Positions 40,929 to 54,202 of a stretch of 64,000 nt of DNA are shown here, in pieces. Source of the DNA: Saccostrea cucullata. Lineage: Eukaryota. The stretch covers positions 372,001-436,000 of the forward strand of contig NW_026918429.1 of NCBI RefSeq assembly GCF_032062105.1, read 5' to 3'. Every line of letters starts with the position of its first letter. The first letter of the stretch is position 1. A program made the position numbers and the translations under genes. A model generated the notes under the pieces. That model was not told the origin of the DNA, ran no database searches, and saw only the letters and a program-made list of their open reading frames with translations.

Positions 40929-43900
40929 ATGGAATATCTAAAAACCTGTTGGAATCTCTTTTTCGTACTTTTGTTCTTGTTCATTAAGTTCTCCGTTGAA
41001 CAAGGATTTACCCCGTTAGTATTCCGTGGTTTTGGGGCTCCCCCGCCTCTGTTTCCAGGATTTGGACCCCCTCCACCAGGTGTACGTACTCTCTTACCAG
41101 GCCCTCCCGGGTTTCCCGCCATTCCTGGACCACCACCACTACCTATCATTTCTCCCCCTGTGACAACTTTATCTGACGCAGGAACTGGAAGTATTGCCTT
41201 GAGTGGTGAAACAGTGCCAACCACTTTTGATTTAAGCGGATTCTCAAATTCACTTCAAACATTACCTGCTACGACTGACACAGCTAGTATCGTGGGGCAG
41301 TCAGGTTTCGATGGAGGATTAATTACTTTGAGTGATCCGGGCAACACTTTAGAGGGTCAAAATTTAATTACAACATTGACTGGCCAGGATGCATTACTAG
41401 GAGGCACCACAACTTCGATAGCAAATGGCCTAGCAACAGGTTTAATAACCTCCGATGCAGGAGTACCGGAAGGTGTGAATCCTGCGTCTGCTGCAGAGTC
41501 ATCGTTTGTTTCACGCTTTAGTAACAGCAACTCTAATGATGGTACATCGTCACAAATGATTGTAAATGGACAACTTAATTCGTTTGATTCTGTATCAAGT
41601 GTAAATCCACAAAATTTTGATGCCAGTGCGATTTTAAATACAGTCTTTGGAAATTCGAACACAGATCCAAGCTCCAGTCGGACCACAACGGTAACAGACA
41701 ATTCACCGAATCGAATCGTGCTTACCAGCGGTGTCTCCAATAATGCCATTCCCAATAACATTATTCAACGTCAGCCAGTGTCTGTCGAAAACACCGGAGA
41801 AAGGATTCCTTCTCTGAGTGAACTTCAACAAATGTTTACACCAACCCAGTTCTCTAATACGGCACAAGACAATGCTATTGGAACTGGTGGGTCTCCAGCT
41901 GTTGGCATTCCTGCTACTGGTTCTAGGACTGGGTTATCCGTAAGTAATAGTAGACAAATATTAACTGATCCTTCTGGAAGAAATGATGAAACGAGGATAG
42001 TAAGAGTAAACACAGCAACAACTATTAATCAAATTGATGGCACCAGAAAAATTACATCACCCTCAGATGAACTAGATTTGGACTTTAGGAACTACATTAG
42101 AGCTAATGGAGGGCAGGTAGATCCAAATGATATTCTGTCTAGATTTCCTGGACCAAGTGGCATAAGTACAGTATCGAGGACATCAAATGAAAGAATGATG
42201 ATCCCTTCTAATTCAATTTTTAGTCGAAATTCCAACGATCCAAATACAAGGTCTCGTACTACCATTACAGAAATTCAAACTAGATCAAACAGGGGTATCG
42301 ATCCTTTGAATCAGCAATTCATGCCTTCAGTGTTTGCAGACCCAGCCAGAAATCAGGCCGCCACAGCAATTGCACAAAATGGAAATAGTATTGACAACAG
42401 TCAAATAAGTCGCCCATCAACCTCGGTGTCCGAGGTTAAAAACAAGTCCAACATAGTTATAAATGGAAATAGCAATATAGTAGGCTCTAAGGTAGATATG
42501 AATAACATCATCCGAACTTCTGTTGACGTGCAGCCTCAGTCTGTTAATCTCCAACGCTCGGATTTTGAAAATACTCTCTCTACAGTAGGATCAACAGTAG
42601 CTCCAGTTAACCCATTAAACGATAGATTTGATGTAAGAATGGATCCTGTGTCAAACATTACCAGAAGACAACCAAGCACCAATTCCCAAAGAGGAAGTAA
42701 AATTATGTTTGTGGACGGTAACAATAATGATGATGAAACAACTTTCCAAGAAGCCTCTTCAGCGACGGGCACCAATAATCAACCAGGAGCTAATTTTAAC
42801 ACAAACCTCCCAACAGCCAGAAATCAACCTGGAGTAAATTCCAATATCAATTTCCCAAACAACTTGCCAGAGGTTGGAAGTAATAACAATTTACCAATGG
42901 TCTCCTTTGATCCTTCCAGACGCGGTAATTCTATGGTGAGCTCGCAGCAAAACCCAGGCATCCAAAGTTTCCAAGGCACCAACAGAGAGCTTAATGGAAA
43001 TGTTGCAGTAAATGATCCAGGCACAATCAACAGAGAACTTAATGGAAATGTCGCAGTTAATGATCCAGGCACAACCAACAGAAGTTTTAATGGAAATGCT
43101 GCAGTAAATGATCCTGGCACAACTAACAGAGAGCTTAATAGTAATGTTGCATTTAACGACCCACGCACAACCAACAGAGGGCTAAACGGTAATGTTGCAT
43201 TTAACGACCCACGCACAACCAACAGAGGGCTAAACGGTAATGTTGCATTTAACGACCCACGCACAACCAACAGAGGGCTAAACGGTAATGTTGCATTTAA
43301 CGACCCACGCACAACCAACAGAGAGCTTAATGCAAATGTTGCATTTAACGATCCAGGCACAACCAACAGAGGGCTAAATGGAAATGTTGCATTTAACGAT
43401 CCAGGCACAATCAACAGAGGGCTAAATGGAAATGCTGCATTTAACGATCCAGGCACAACCAACAGAGGGCTAAATGGAAATGCTGCATTTAACGATCCAG
43501 GCACAACCAACAGAGGGCTAAATGCAAATGTTGCATTTAACGATCCAGGCACAACCAACAGAGGGCTAAATGCAAATGTTGCATTTAACGATCCAGGCAC
43601 AATCAATAGAGGGCTAAATGCAAATGTTGCATTTAACGATCCAGGCACAATCAATAGAGGGCTTAATACAAATGTTGCATTTAACGATCCAGGCACAACC
43701 AACAGAGAGCTTAATGGAAATGTTGCAATTAATGATCCAGGTAGAACTAATTTAAGAGACCCGAACAGAATTCGAACAACGGCACAAGTCACAGGATTTT
43801 CGCGCCAACCCACTACCTCACAAATATTCCCAACCAACAACGAGGCAGCAGTACGTGGAAATACAGTTAATTTAGATCCAATTAGAACGGGTATGACAGA

Positions 43901-46900
43901 TCCGAGTAACGGTATATCATCGCAGACACAGACAAATTTGGAAAGATCTAGAACAGAAAATAATGCACCTTTACCTGGCAGTTCAAGTACTAGAAGATTC
44001 ATAAAAAAGACAACAACTATCAGGAGAATTATCTCCAATCCTAATGAAAGCGACACAAATAATAGGTCACAAATTAACAATACCCGTATACCAGATGCTT
44101 CTAGCTTCCGCGTTTTCGCCAATTTAAACAATAGAATGAATGGAATGAACACCAATTTAAATGCAAATGTGGATCCTTTGACTGGAGATGGAGTTGCAGG
44201 GAATAGAGATAGTTTTGTTTCCTTTCCAAACTCTGCAGATTCCACAAGAGTACCACAAATCATGGGTGTTCAAAACTCTAGATCTTTTTCAAGTGTTCTT
44301 CCTGGAAATATGGGAACATCCAACTCATTTGTTAGACCTACAGGTTCCGCTAATGTTAACCGTCAGTTCATGGGGACAGGATTTGATCCCGAATCCAACA
44401 CACAAACATGGGGAACTGTGTTTGGAACTATTCAAAGTCAAAATATGCCCTCTACAGGCAGTTTGTCCTCAAACAGTAATGGTGTTGTGGATCCTAGTTC
44501 AGCAGAAAGAAGATTTTCCTCAAATGCTTTCACAGGAAATAATGGTAACTCAAACACGTTTGAAAGAGGAGTGGGCTCTACTGACAATGTTAATAACCAG
44601 TCCACAGTGACAAGATTTGATCCGGTTTCCAGCTTACAAGCTGAAAATGCTTCAAGACCTTCCCAAAGCCAAATGTCTCGCTCTAGTAACATTTTCAACC
44701 CTAACTCTAACGCTGTCGTCAATCCTGGGTCAATAGAAAGACGATTTTCCTCAAATTTTCCTCTTGGAAATAATAGACCCTTTAACAGCCAGTCATCGAT
44801 GGCAGGATTTGATCCTGCCTCCAGTTCACAAACTGTAGGGTCAATAGAAAGACGATTTTCCTCAAATTCTCCTCTTGGAAATAATGGACCCTTAACTAGT
44901 CGGTCGTCGGTAACAGGATTAGATCCTACATCAAATTCTCAAACTGGAGGGTCAATAGAAAGACGATTTTTCTCAAATTTTCCCCTTCGGAATAATGGAG
45001 CCTTTGATAGTCAGTCGCCGATAACAGGATTTGATCCTGACTCTAACCCACAAACTGGAGGGGAAATGGTTAGAACTATGCAAGGTCCAAATAATCCTTC
45101 TAGAAGTAGTTTTAACAATGGACTTCCGCGAAATTCACAACAGAATACTAGAGTGGGCGGGTTTGTGAGTATGAATGCAGGAACATCATCCAGAACATCA
45201 GCTGACCCACAGAGCTCTGCTTTCGGAACATTCGGCGACGCAGCATCCAGAGGTTCTGGGTTCCAAACAAGAGTAGCGTCTACCAATAATGTCGGGATAA
45301 GACCACCCTCAACTGGTTCTCTGACCAGAAACAGTGCTGTTTCAAGAAGTGTCGATCCAAATGGCAACACAATAATTGAAACTTCAAGGCAGAATGTTGT
45401 CTTATCCTCCGAACCTCAAAACAACAGAAATGAAACTGGGAATTTCATGGTCCAAGGAACGACACTACCTCCAGTAGTTGTAGCAAACGACACTCAGTCT
45501 TGTAAAACGAGGTAAATCTATATAATGTAAATGTAATACGTTGTTTCGATTTATAGTCGAGAATTCGTTGACATCCCTAGCATATATATTTGACAAACGT
45601 ACAAAACATATAATGAAATGAAATTCATTTTTCCCTTTCTGCTTTGCAGTGATGACTGTCAAACTGGAAATCAGTGTACATACAACAGGAATTTCCTATG
45701 TCCTGATTGGGTAGATTCAGTCACATGCCAATGTCAACCAGGTACCAATCCTTATTTATTAAATATCGACCCACAATTTGTATAATACGTTTCTTTTATT
45801 ATTTTGAGCAGTTTTCATACTTTTTGGGGCTTCTTTTTATGTGAATCTACCCTCCCATGAAAAACTTTGAGCTCTTTGAGTCGGTTCTATAAAGAAACTT
45901 CAGTCTGGAATTTACTTAAGCCACCATTTTATCCACTATGAGATTTCGTTTTAGAAATTTGTGAATTGTTATACCCGGATATTAAACAATTTCAACAGAT
46001 TTGATGACAGGAATGTGACATTTGAATTTAAACTGAGTTTTATTTATATTACTGATTTATTCAATATTTTATTTTGCTTTTCGCTAAGACCAAATATATG
46101 TAATAGACTGAATAGACTGTTTTCTAAGAAGGAATGACTTTTTGTCTGTGTCCCTTTGTGTGCATCTCTCTAAAACCATACCAAGTTTATCGCGGAGATT
46201 ATTTGAATTTAAGATGCCACTGTCGTCGGTATTTTGATAGGATAAGATTGCAGTCATTGTTTTCATGTACTAATTATAAAGCATTTCATTTACTTAATAT
46301 AAAAACAATAAATGGGCCATGGAAGGTCTCCCTTGAGGTACACCATAAGAAATTTTGAAAGAACTGTCTTCCCACATTTTTTATTAAGATAAATATTCTG
46401 TTGTTATGACTATTTACCAAATTTTCCATTTTAATTAAAAAAATTTGGGAAGACAGAACACATCACACCCTGAAACCCTCTGGTTAAATAAAATTTTGTG
46501 CAATTCACACCATTTACATCATTGCAACATTCTGCATTTACCGCCACTCAATTAAAAAATTACCATATATTACATGTATATGTTTATTTATAACAAGAAA
46601 TAATAAATTGTTTGCTGTAAATGTTTTAATTTCTCATAGGATGCGATGCATTCAATCAGTTTATACCTCTGGGGACCAAGATATCAATTGACAATTGTGG
46701 AAATGAATGTGTTTGTATCAGAAATGATGGAATCGTAAGTATTCAAGTCAAATAAGTTTTCCTCAGATAAAATAAAGATTTTTAGTCGAATATTATGATG
46801 TTTGAACCTACAATGAAAAAACAACAGCTTAAAAAATATCAGAAAACCACAGTTTTAAAACTACATCAATCACAATAGCACTGTATGAAATTTTATTAAT

Positions 46901-46962
46901 TAAATTTGTGCACAATTCTGTTTTAGGCAACCTGTACTCAAAACGCGTGTCCGCAAGCATAG
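40929..46962 (+). CDS. Paralog F: very large secreted Asn/Ser/Gly/Thr-rich repeat protein with the 12-Cys module (1601 aa). Exons: 40929-45511, 45650-45741, 46640-46734, 46927-46962
   Basis: Hydrophobic N-terminus MEYLKTCWNLFFVLLFLFIKFSVEQG and a 4.58-kb exon 1. The module is CKTSDDCQTGNQCTYNRNFLCPDWVDSVTCQCQPGCDAFNQFIPLGTKISIDNCGNECVCIRNDGIATCTQNACPQA*. AATAAA at 47029-47034. Confidence 0.92.
42981..43748 (+). repeat. Coding minisatellite: 16 x 48 bp, NR(G/E)LN(G/A)N(V/A)AFNDP(G/R)T(T/I)
   Basis: Direct repeats are visible in both the DNA and the translation of paralog F. Confidence 0.95.
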
Positions 46963-47544
46963 GTCTAGATCTGAGAAAAACGCAAAAGAGACCTTTGTCT
47001 GAGGGCATACAAGACCGACTTCGGTTCAAATAAAAACAAAAATGACCGGATATGAAATGATGGATTGCCTTCCTGATTCCTGATGAGGAGTGGTGTTCTA
47101 AAGACGACGGTGGTTATAGGACTACAAAACATGTATCATGTGAACTAAGAAATCTGATGTATGATATCAATTAACGTGTTGTGTCTTTAATTGTCATATA
47201 TACTGAAGGGAAAAAGAAACGCAGGGTAAACTTTTGAGGTGAATTAAATTTGTTTTTCTTAAAATACTTTTTAGTTTTCTTACCTTACTTTTAAAATCAT
47301 CTTTCAAAAAGATATAACCAAATTCTCGTATAATTTTGTGTAATTATTCATGAGTTATTGAAGCTCAAATGACGATACCCCCCAAAAGGGAAAATTGAAA
47401 ACTCTCATTATCTTCAATGTCCATCTCGTGCATATCTCAGAGTCTTTTTTCTCCTTTGCATGGAATTTCATCAGAGTGTTTATTTTTCAAACCCTGGCTA
47501 TATTTAGCATGGGTAACCACGCAAAAAAATAAGTCAAACGACGC

Positions 47545-47580
47545 GCGCATGCGCCAGTGAGAGGAATACAACAGTAAGTT
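47545..47580 (+). promoter_or_regulatory. NRF1-type site followed by a splice donor; candidate promoter and short non-coding first exon of the downstream gene
   Basis: Perfect GCGCATGCGC at 47545-47554 in a locally CpG-rich patch, then ACA|GTAAGT at 47574. Confidence 0.5.
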
Positions 47581-48584
47581 GACTGGCTCAAAAAACCAAA
47601 TTGCGGAATTGTTTTCTTTCAAATTTCCTATGAATGTAATGATTATAATCGGGTACACTATAAATGGCTGTTTTTGTGGTAGTAAGGTGGCGATTTAAGA
47701 GATAGCAGGATGAATAACCCGCTCGTTACATGGCTCTGTTTCGCGTTAACGTCAGCGTCACGGTTGATTGAAATCCACTCCACACCCTCTCTGACAACGG
47801 CTAAAAAGTTTTATGGGGGAAAACTTACAAGAGAATGCTTAGTAAACTGTTGTTGCCTTTTTCATTAATTAGGCAATTCGAAAACAAGACCCAACTGAAC
47901 TTCCGTAAACTGTGCCATGATTGCAATAAATTCATAATGTCTCTTAATATTGAAAAACAATGTGCATACCTCATCTGCATCAAATAATGCAACAAGATTT
48001 GTGAACAGACACGTCGTTATCAAATTGCACGTGTTTTGGGCTTTTTAGCGTTTTCCCTACGTGACGTCATAGATTTTACGGTTGAGTAATTCTGGATACT
48101 GATTTTGATGCACAGTAACTTAATTTCCAATCTGACTAATTTTCGTAATTTTCGGTCATGTGGTCAAATTTTTATCGACAATTATGCTACCCTGCGTTTC
48201 TTTTTCCTTTCAGTATATATAGGTAACTTCCATCTTATGTGTGTCGTGTCTCGTTCGTGTAATGTTAATAAAGAGTCAGTTTCATGTTTCCGATTTAATA
48301 TTCCTTTTTCAGTATATTACATGTATTTGTACATGTTGCTTTAGAAGTTTACAGATGGCATGGCAAAAATTGGTATAATGCTCTCATTTTAGTGTGTTGA
48401 TTTAACATTTAATTTTGGTTGGAATCACAATCCTTATATATGTAATAAAATTTTCTCTAAAAAAAAATTTTGGTTATGCATGTATTTAAAAAATGCTGTT
48501 ATTTTAATGAAATCAATTTAATATGATGATGATAAATAAATGAATAAATAAGACAAGAATTTTGATTAACAACTACTTATTAAT

Positions 48585-49200
48585 TAAGTTACTTGAGTCA
48601 CTCGGTTGACGTACTGCTATCTGTTTTTGTCCGTCCTCGTGCGTCGTCTATCGTCTGTTAAAATCTAAACATTATATTTTTTAGCTTCTTTGGAACTACT
48701 GAACCATTTCAATTAAATTAATTTGCAAACATCATCTACGGATGAAAAGGGAGAGGGGTTCCTGTGTAAGGGTGGGGCTCTTTTTTTTATGGCGAAAATG
48801 TATTATTTGATTATAAGCAGAAAATTAATGAGCAAGGTTGCCTTTATAAGGAAAAAAATTCAAATTTGTGGTCACAGTGACAGGGGTTCTTTTTTTTTAA
48901 ATGGGGTCTTTTGGTTAAAAAGTTAACATGCAATATTTTTTTGAAAATCTTCCTTTCTCCTCTTATATAAATACTAAACAAACTCAAGTCATCGTTTTAA
49001 TGAGCAAGAGTGCCTCTCATGTTTTTTTTTTTCTAAATTCAAGACTCTGGGTCAGTGGTTCTGGAGCCAGGGTGTGATTCTATATATTGTTGATAGTGAA
49101 AATGCATTATTTCTGAGAAATTACTCTCTGCATGCTCAGCGATTTTTTAAAAATACTCAGTAGTACTCAGGTTGCCGTGAATGTCCTTGGCCTCTTGTTT
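48585..49200. mobile_element. Degenerate non-autonomous Helitron/Helentron
   Basis: Starts 'aagttacttgagtcactcggttgac...gtccgtcctcgtgcgtcgtc' and ends 'ggcctcttgttt', matching the 'aacaagagg' type terminus seen at 21848. Confidence 0.5.
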
Positions 49201-49361
49201 TAAACTGTCGAGGGTTTGGATTATTGATACCTATCTTATTAAATGATTTAAATTCTATTATTTGCCATCAGTATGTAGGTTTCACTACAAGATGGATATT
49301 TCTTGTCTATATTAAATTTTTAAAAAATACAATAAATATGAATGAAAGATGCTTTAATCTC

Positions 49362-50050
49362 ACTACTACGGAAGCGTATAAGTGCAATGTTTTTTTAAGA
49401 TGGTAATTCCAACTTTACTCTTGGCTTTTTCAACTTTAAATTTGATAATTCCAACTTTAATCTTGGAAATTCCAACTTTAATCTTGGCTTTTCCAACTTA
49501 ATACGGTTTTATGTATTATATTGTCTGAGATAATTTGTAGCTTAACTCATGTTACCGTTTTATACATGTAATTAAAATGGAAAGATACAATTTTATTATG
49601 AAATGATGATTTTAGAAGGAATCATGTTATAGTGCATAGCGTAGGAGCCGAAAGGGGGGGTGCGTTGTGGCGTGTCCAACCCCCCCCCCCCCCCAATAAT
49701 ACAATAATTTGCCAACATATAATATTGTTAGTGACTTATTTCAATGTACTTGTATATTAAGCATTATTAAAGTTTTATACTATATCTTCCTATGGCTCGT
49801 CCGCCCTTCGTACCTCCCATCTCCATCCACCCATGTAGGTTGCGAAAATTCATTGCTAACCAGTCTATTTCAGTGTATTACATTTTCATTAATAAAGTTG
49901 GTAATGGTTTAAAATAAAGGGGAAAAAACTAAGAAAAGGGGCTAGAAGATCTCAAAATAAAGTTGACTGGAAAATCCAAGATTAAAGTTAGAAAAGTAAA
50001 GATTAAAGTTGGAATTACCAACTTTAAAAAAAATTCCGCACAGTAAGTAC
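49362..50050. mobile_element. MITE with inverted arrays of ~20-bp subterminal repeats
   Basis: 'aattccaactttaatcttgg' about 5 times at 49404-49500, with inverted 'attaaagttggaattacc' copies at 49890-50020. Confidence 0.55.
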
Positions 50051-50577
50051 TATTGTATTAGACATGTTCATATCTTGTAGGGTAAAACGTTCTAACATTG
50101 ATTCCGATTAAATATTATCATAATCCCGCTTGAAAAGTGGGAGTTAGGGTATAATGATCGGAATGTACGTCCATCCGTCCGTCTTTTACGCTTTGGGGTA
50201 CAGTCAAAGGACAGAATGTTTATTTTAATAAATAATAATAATAATATGAAAAGTGAAAACATTGTAAAGTACACAGGTACACAGGAGTCTGCAATATTTT
50301 ATTGAAAAAGATTGGGATTTTTAACGACCAAACAATGAACGACTTACTATTAAAAAGAGCTCTCTAGAAATTGAGGTAGATAAACTTCATAGCGGGAAAG
50401 TTGACTTTCGTAAACACAAAATGTTGAGATTTTCAAGATTTTCGTAAGTACTGTTAAGTGTTTTGTTAAATCTTGTACAATCAGGTGATAGGAAAAAAAT
50501 GATCTTTCAAACAGCTTGCTGACTTTTTCCTGGCTGGCTCATTTAGGGGAATTAATACTATATAATAGCTCTTTATT

Positions 50578-51353
50578 CAGGTCCAGCACAATGTCTTGAT
50601 TAAGCTATATAGCTTTAAAAAGCTATGTAGCTTTATTGAGCTATTCAGTATAGCTTAATAAAGCTATTAATATTCATTTTTTCACAAAAAACGATTTTTG
50701 CTATAAATAAACAAAAAGTCCCATATATTTGACAATTCATATATATGTACAATCAGTACATTTAGCTACGTAGGTAGAATTATCATAAATACAGGTAGGT
50801 TGCCTACCAAATGAATTTCTTTCTATAAAAAAGCATTTTTCTCAGGATGTGCAAAAACTATCTTTTTGATGCAGTGATCATTTTCAACTTTGAACTCATT
50901 TGAAAACAATTCATGAAAATTTCCCCTTGAAGAAATGTCTTGTTTGCAATTGCAATCAAAGTTCTGAAAGTTTTGGGGCTATGTATGACAGTTAGAACAG
51001 TTACTCCTTGAATGAATTGACAAAGAAGTCCAGTTCTGGTTAACATGATAATAGGTCGGTAATTATTCAGCACAATGTGAAGTAATCATACTCAGTCATG
51101 CCTCACCGCACGGACAGATAACCAAACAATGGAATTACATGTTTTGCTCTAAACTGACTAAACACAGCGATGTTTAAACTATCTCTGCTTTGGAATGTTT
51201 TTTAAAGTCTCCCTAGTATAAATATATAGTCATTTAACTGCGATTTTTTGTCTCTTTTCCAAGAAAAAAAAAGTTACATTGAAATAGCTAAATAAAGCTA
51301 CCTGGGGTAGGAGAAAACACGTGTTTTTAATTAAACTGATTGTACTGGACCTG
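50578..51353. mobile_element. Non-autonomous DNA transposon with CAGGTCCAG termini
   Basis: CAGGTCCAGCACAAT ... ATTGTACTGGACCTG. The termini resemble those of the element at 58833-59747. No clean TSD. Confidence 0.55.
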
Positions 51354-51489
51354 TGTACTATGGGTTATCAAAAATACAGCCTAAATCATAAAAAGTTTTA
51401 ACATTGCTGCTGTTGAATACTTTTAAGCAAAAGATGAATTTCCATTGTTTGAGTAACTGGGCTTTATCTTGAGTGCGGTGAGGCGTGGA

Positions 51490-52310
51490 CAGTGTTTGGG
51501 AAGGCCAAAATGGTCAATGGGACTATGGCGCAACTGTCAACATTTTTGATGGGCCATTTTGAAAATGAATGGGCCATCAATATAATCTGAAGGGCCATTT
51601 TAAGAAATAACAAAGTGACAAACAAATATGAAATATGAGAGAAAACATGTTTTTAATTAACTGAATCTGATTTTTAATGCATGAAATACAGAAAATTTAA
51701 ACTTAAGGAACTTTCTTAGAATAATATGTTTTACGGTGTGACCGTTGGGCCGAGCACAGTTGTACCATCAAAAAAAGTCGTTATAAAGGTTCAATTATAT
51801 CTCTTACCTCACATCATTACCAATCTTTTTCAACCGACCCTTGTTTAAAATATATACACATATATTACAATCTTTTCACTGTCAAAATCATGTGACGTGG
51901 GATTTAAACCGAGAATGGTACAAAGACGAGGAAAAACAGAAATAAAAAAAATCGAGGCGGGGGTATAAAATCGGGGCGGGCGGGGATGAGCGTAGGAATA
52001 TTTTTATTAAACTATAGAACAATGCTGACCCGTATTTTGTGTTAAAATTAACAGTTTTGGAAAGGGAACACCCTACCATACAAATGAATGAAGTATTGAA
52101 CTTCATGTAAGTGCTTCGTTTAAAGGATTTTACAAACTTCAACCAAAAGTTTGTTGTTTTAATATATGCTTTACGTTATTATTTACACAAAATTTATTAA
52201 TAACATCGGCTAAAAATTGAATGCGCACCAAAGGACATTGATTGATTTAATGTGCCATTTTTCACTTCAATGCGACTATGGTGCGTGGCGCAAGCCCTTC
52301 CCAATCACTG
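51490..52310. mobile_element. Non-autonomous hAT-like element with 6-bp TSD
   Basis: TIR CAGTG(T/A)TTGGGAAGG, with CGTGGA duplicated at 51484-51489 and 52311-52316. Confidence 0.8.
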
Positions 52311-54202
52311 CGTGGATAAGTATGATTGCTTCTCATTGTGCTGAACTAGCTGTTACCAATCAATTATCCTGTTGGCCATAACTGACCTCCTTTATAACTT
52401 CATTCAAGAAGTAACTGTGTGGTCACTCATCAATAGCCCCAAACCTTTATAAACTTTGAGTACAAAGTCTCTCAAGGAGACGCAATTTGGTTAGTGGATT
52501 TTACATGCACGGTATTCAAAGGTGTGTTGCACAAATTATTGTAACAAGTTTTGGAAAGGAAAAAGAACACCCTACCATACAAATGAATTGAAGTATATTG
52601 AACAAATAAAATTCAATATGATATAAAGGTTTGATTGATTATTCTTTATTATGTGTGTAGAAGATTCTTTTTATGTGGAATATTTATTACACTGTAATGA
52701 GATTTGTTGTTTAACCAATTGACTGAACCACATTGAAACCACAAGGAACCAGAATGAAACCACAAGGACATCTTAATTTAATTTTAATGAATCTATATAT
52801 GGTTTATATGCATAACATTGCTCACACAAATTGCTATATGCGCACCTTGTGCGCCACGATTGATCTTTTGAACCATTTAATGCGCCATTTTTCACTATCC
52901 AATTGCGACTAATTATGGATACAAAGCGTAAAGGGGAGCAAAACTTTTGGATTTCAAAATCTCTTACCCAAAAGGGACTGAGGTGTGGGACCAAAACCAT
53001 CAAAATTAATGCAATTTTAAAAATCATTTTCCTTACTCCTGAGCATCAAGCTGTCAAAATTTTGGCATGCTTATAAAATAAAAAATGCATTAAGTCAATA
53101 CAAAAATTAAAATTTGTTAAAAGGCCTGGAAATAGGTATTAGATTATTAACTTTTTAAAAACTGTCCTTTAAATAAAGGAAAACGATTTTTTTGTCATTC
53201 AAGTAAGTACTTACATGGACAAGGTGCTGTGCATTCTATTTTTGTTTTATCACTAAATAAAACATGTTCAAACCTGATTAATAGAAGCATACATGTGTAT
53301 ATGATAAAATGAAATAATTTTATGGAGTGGAGATTATAGCCATGCAGACTAACTATATTTGGTTTAGTACAAAGTGGATATTTCACGGATATACATGCAA
53401 AATTCTTTACAAATCCTTGTAAAATTTCAAAATATTGATATATTCCAATTTATGGATATAGCAAACTGACCAAGGTGAAATTTACATCTTTTATAACGAA
53501 CTTTCAAAGATCTCAAAATTTGATTAATTGAACTGACTTATTTTTGTTAATGGAATTGTATATATATTTCAATTCACAATAAAACTTTAGTTATCAAAGG
53601 TAATTGTTTTGTAATATTTGCTTCCCTAACATATTTGGTAGTAATTCTTGAAGGAAAACATGCATATTGCGAATTCCCTTTACCGTATAATCCCTAATAA
53701 CCGCCCTGGGCACTTAGAAAATTTCGAAAAGGGGGCGGTTATTTTGGTATTCTCTTTATATTCAATTTAATGTCATTCTTATTCTTAAAAAATTTTAAAG
53801 AATAATTAAAATAATGTCGAACCTTACTTTAAGTGAAGATAATCCACCCAATTTATGCGATATGATATAAAGGAAATTGGATACTGATAACATTTTCTTT
53901 GTTAAAAATTTTGTGTGTTGATACAATTCTAGATGATTTTAATATGGAATATTTATTACACGGTAATGATGATTTTATACGGTTATAAAGAATTACGGAT
54001 ATAGAAAATTAAATTCACAGGTCCCTAGGACTTCACAATAACTGAGTTTTACTGTATTAGTTAATCAATGATCATTTCATTCCTTAAAGGTACATTTTGG
54101 GGATTAAATCATCTCTTTATCTTGTTTTCATTACATAAATATCAAGTTGGTCATTCTATGGATCTTTTACAGGGTAACAATTAATGGATTATGCTTCAAA
54201 AA

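Noticed and set aside
42981-43748. CRISPR-like regular repeats
   Set aside because: Contiguous in-frame tandem units with no unique spacers, in a eukaryotic exon, with no cas genes.
42824-44263. 479-aa antisense ORF with a hydrophobic repeat
   Set aside because: It is the shadow of the 48-bp coding repeat of paralog F, which lacks stops on the other strand. It has no independent gene signals.
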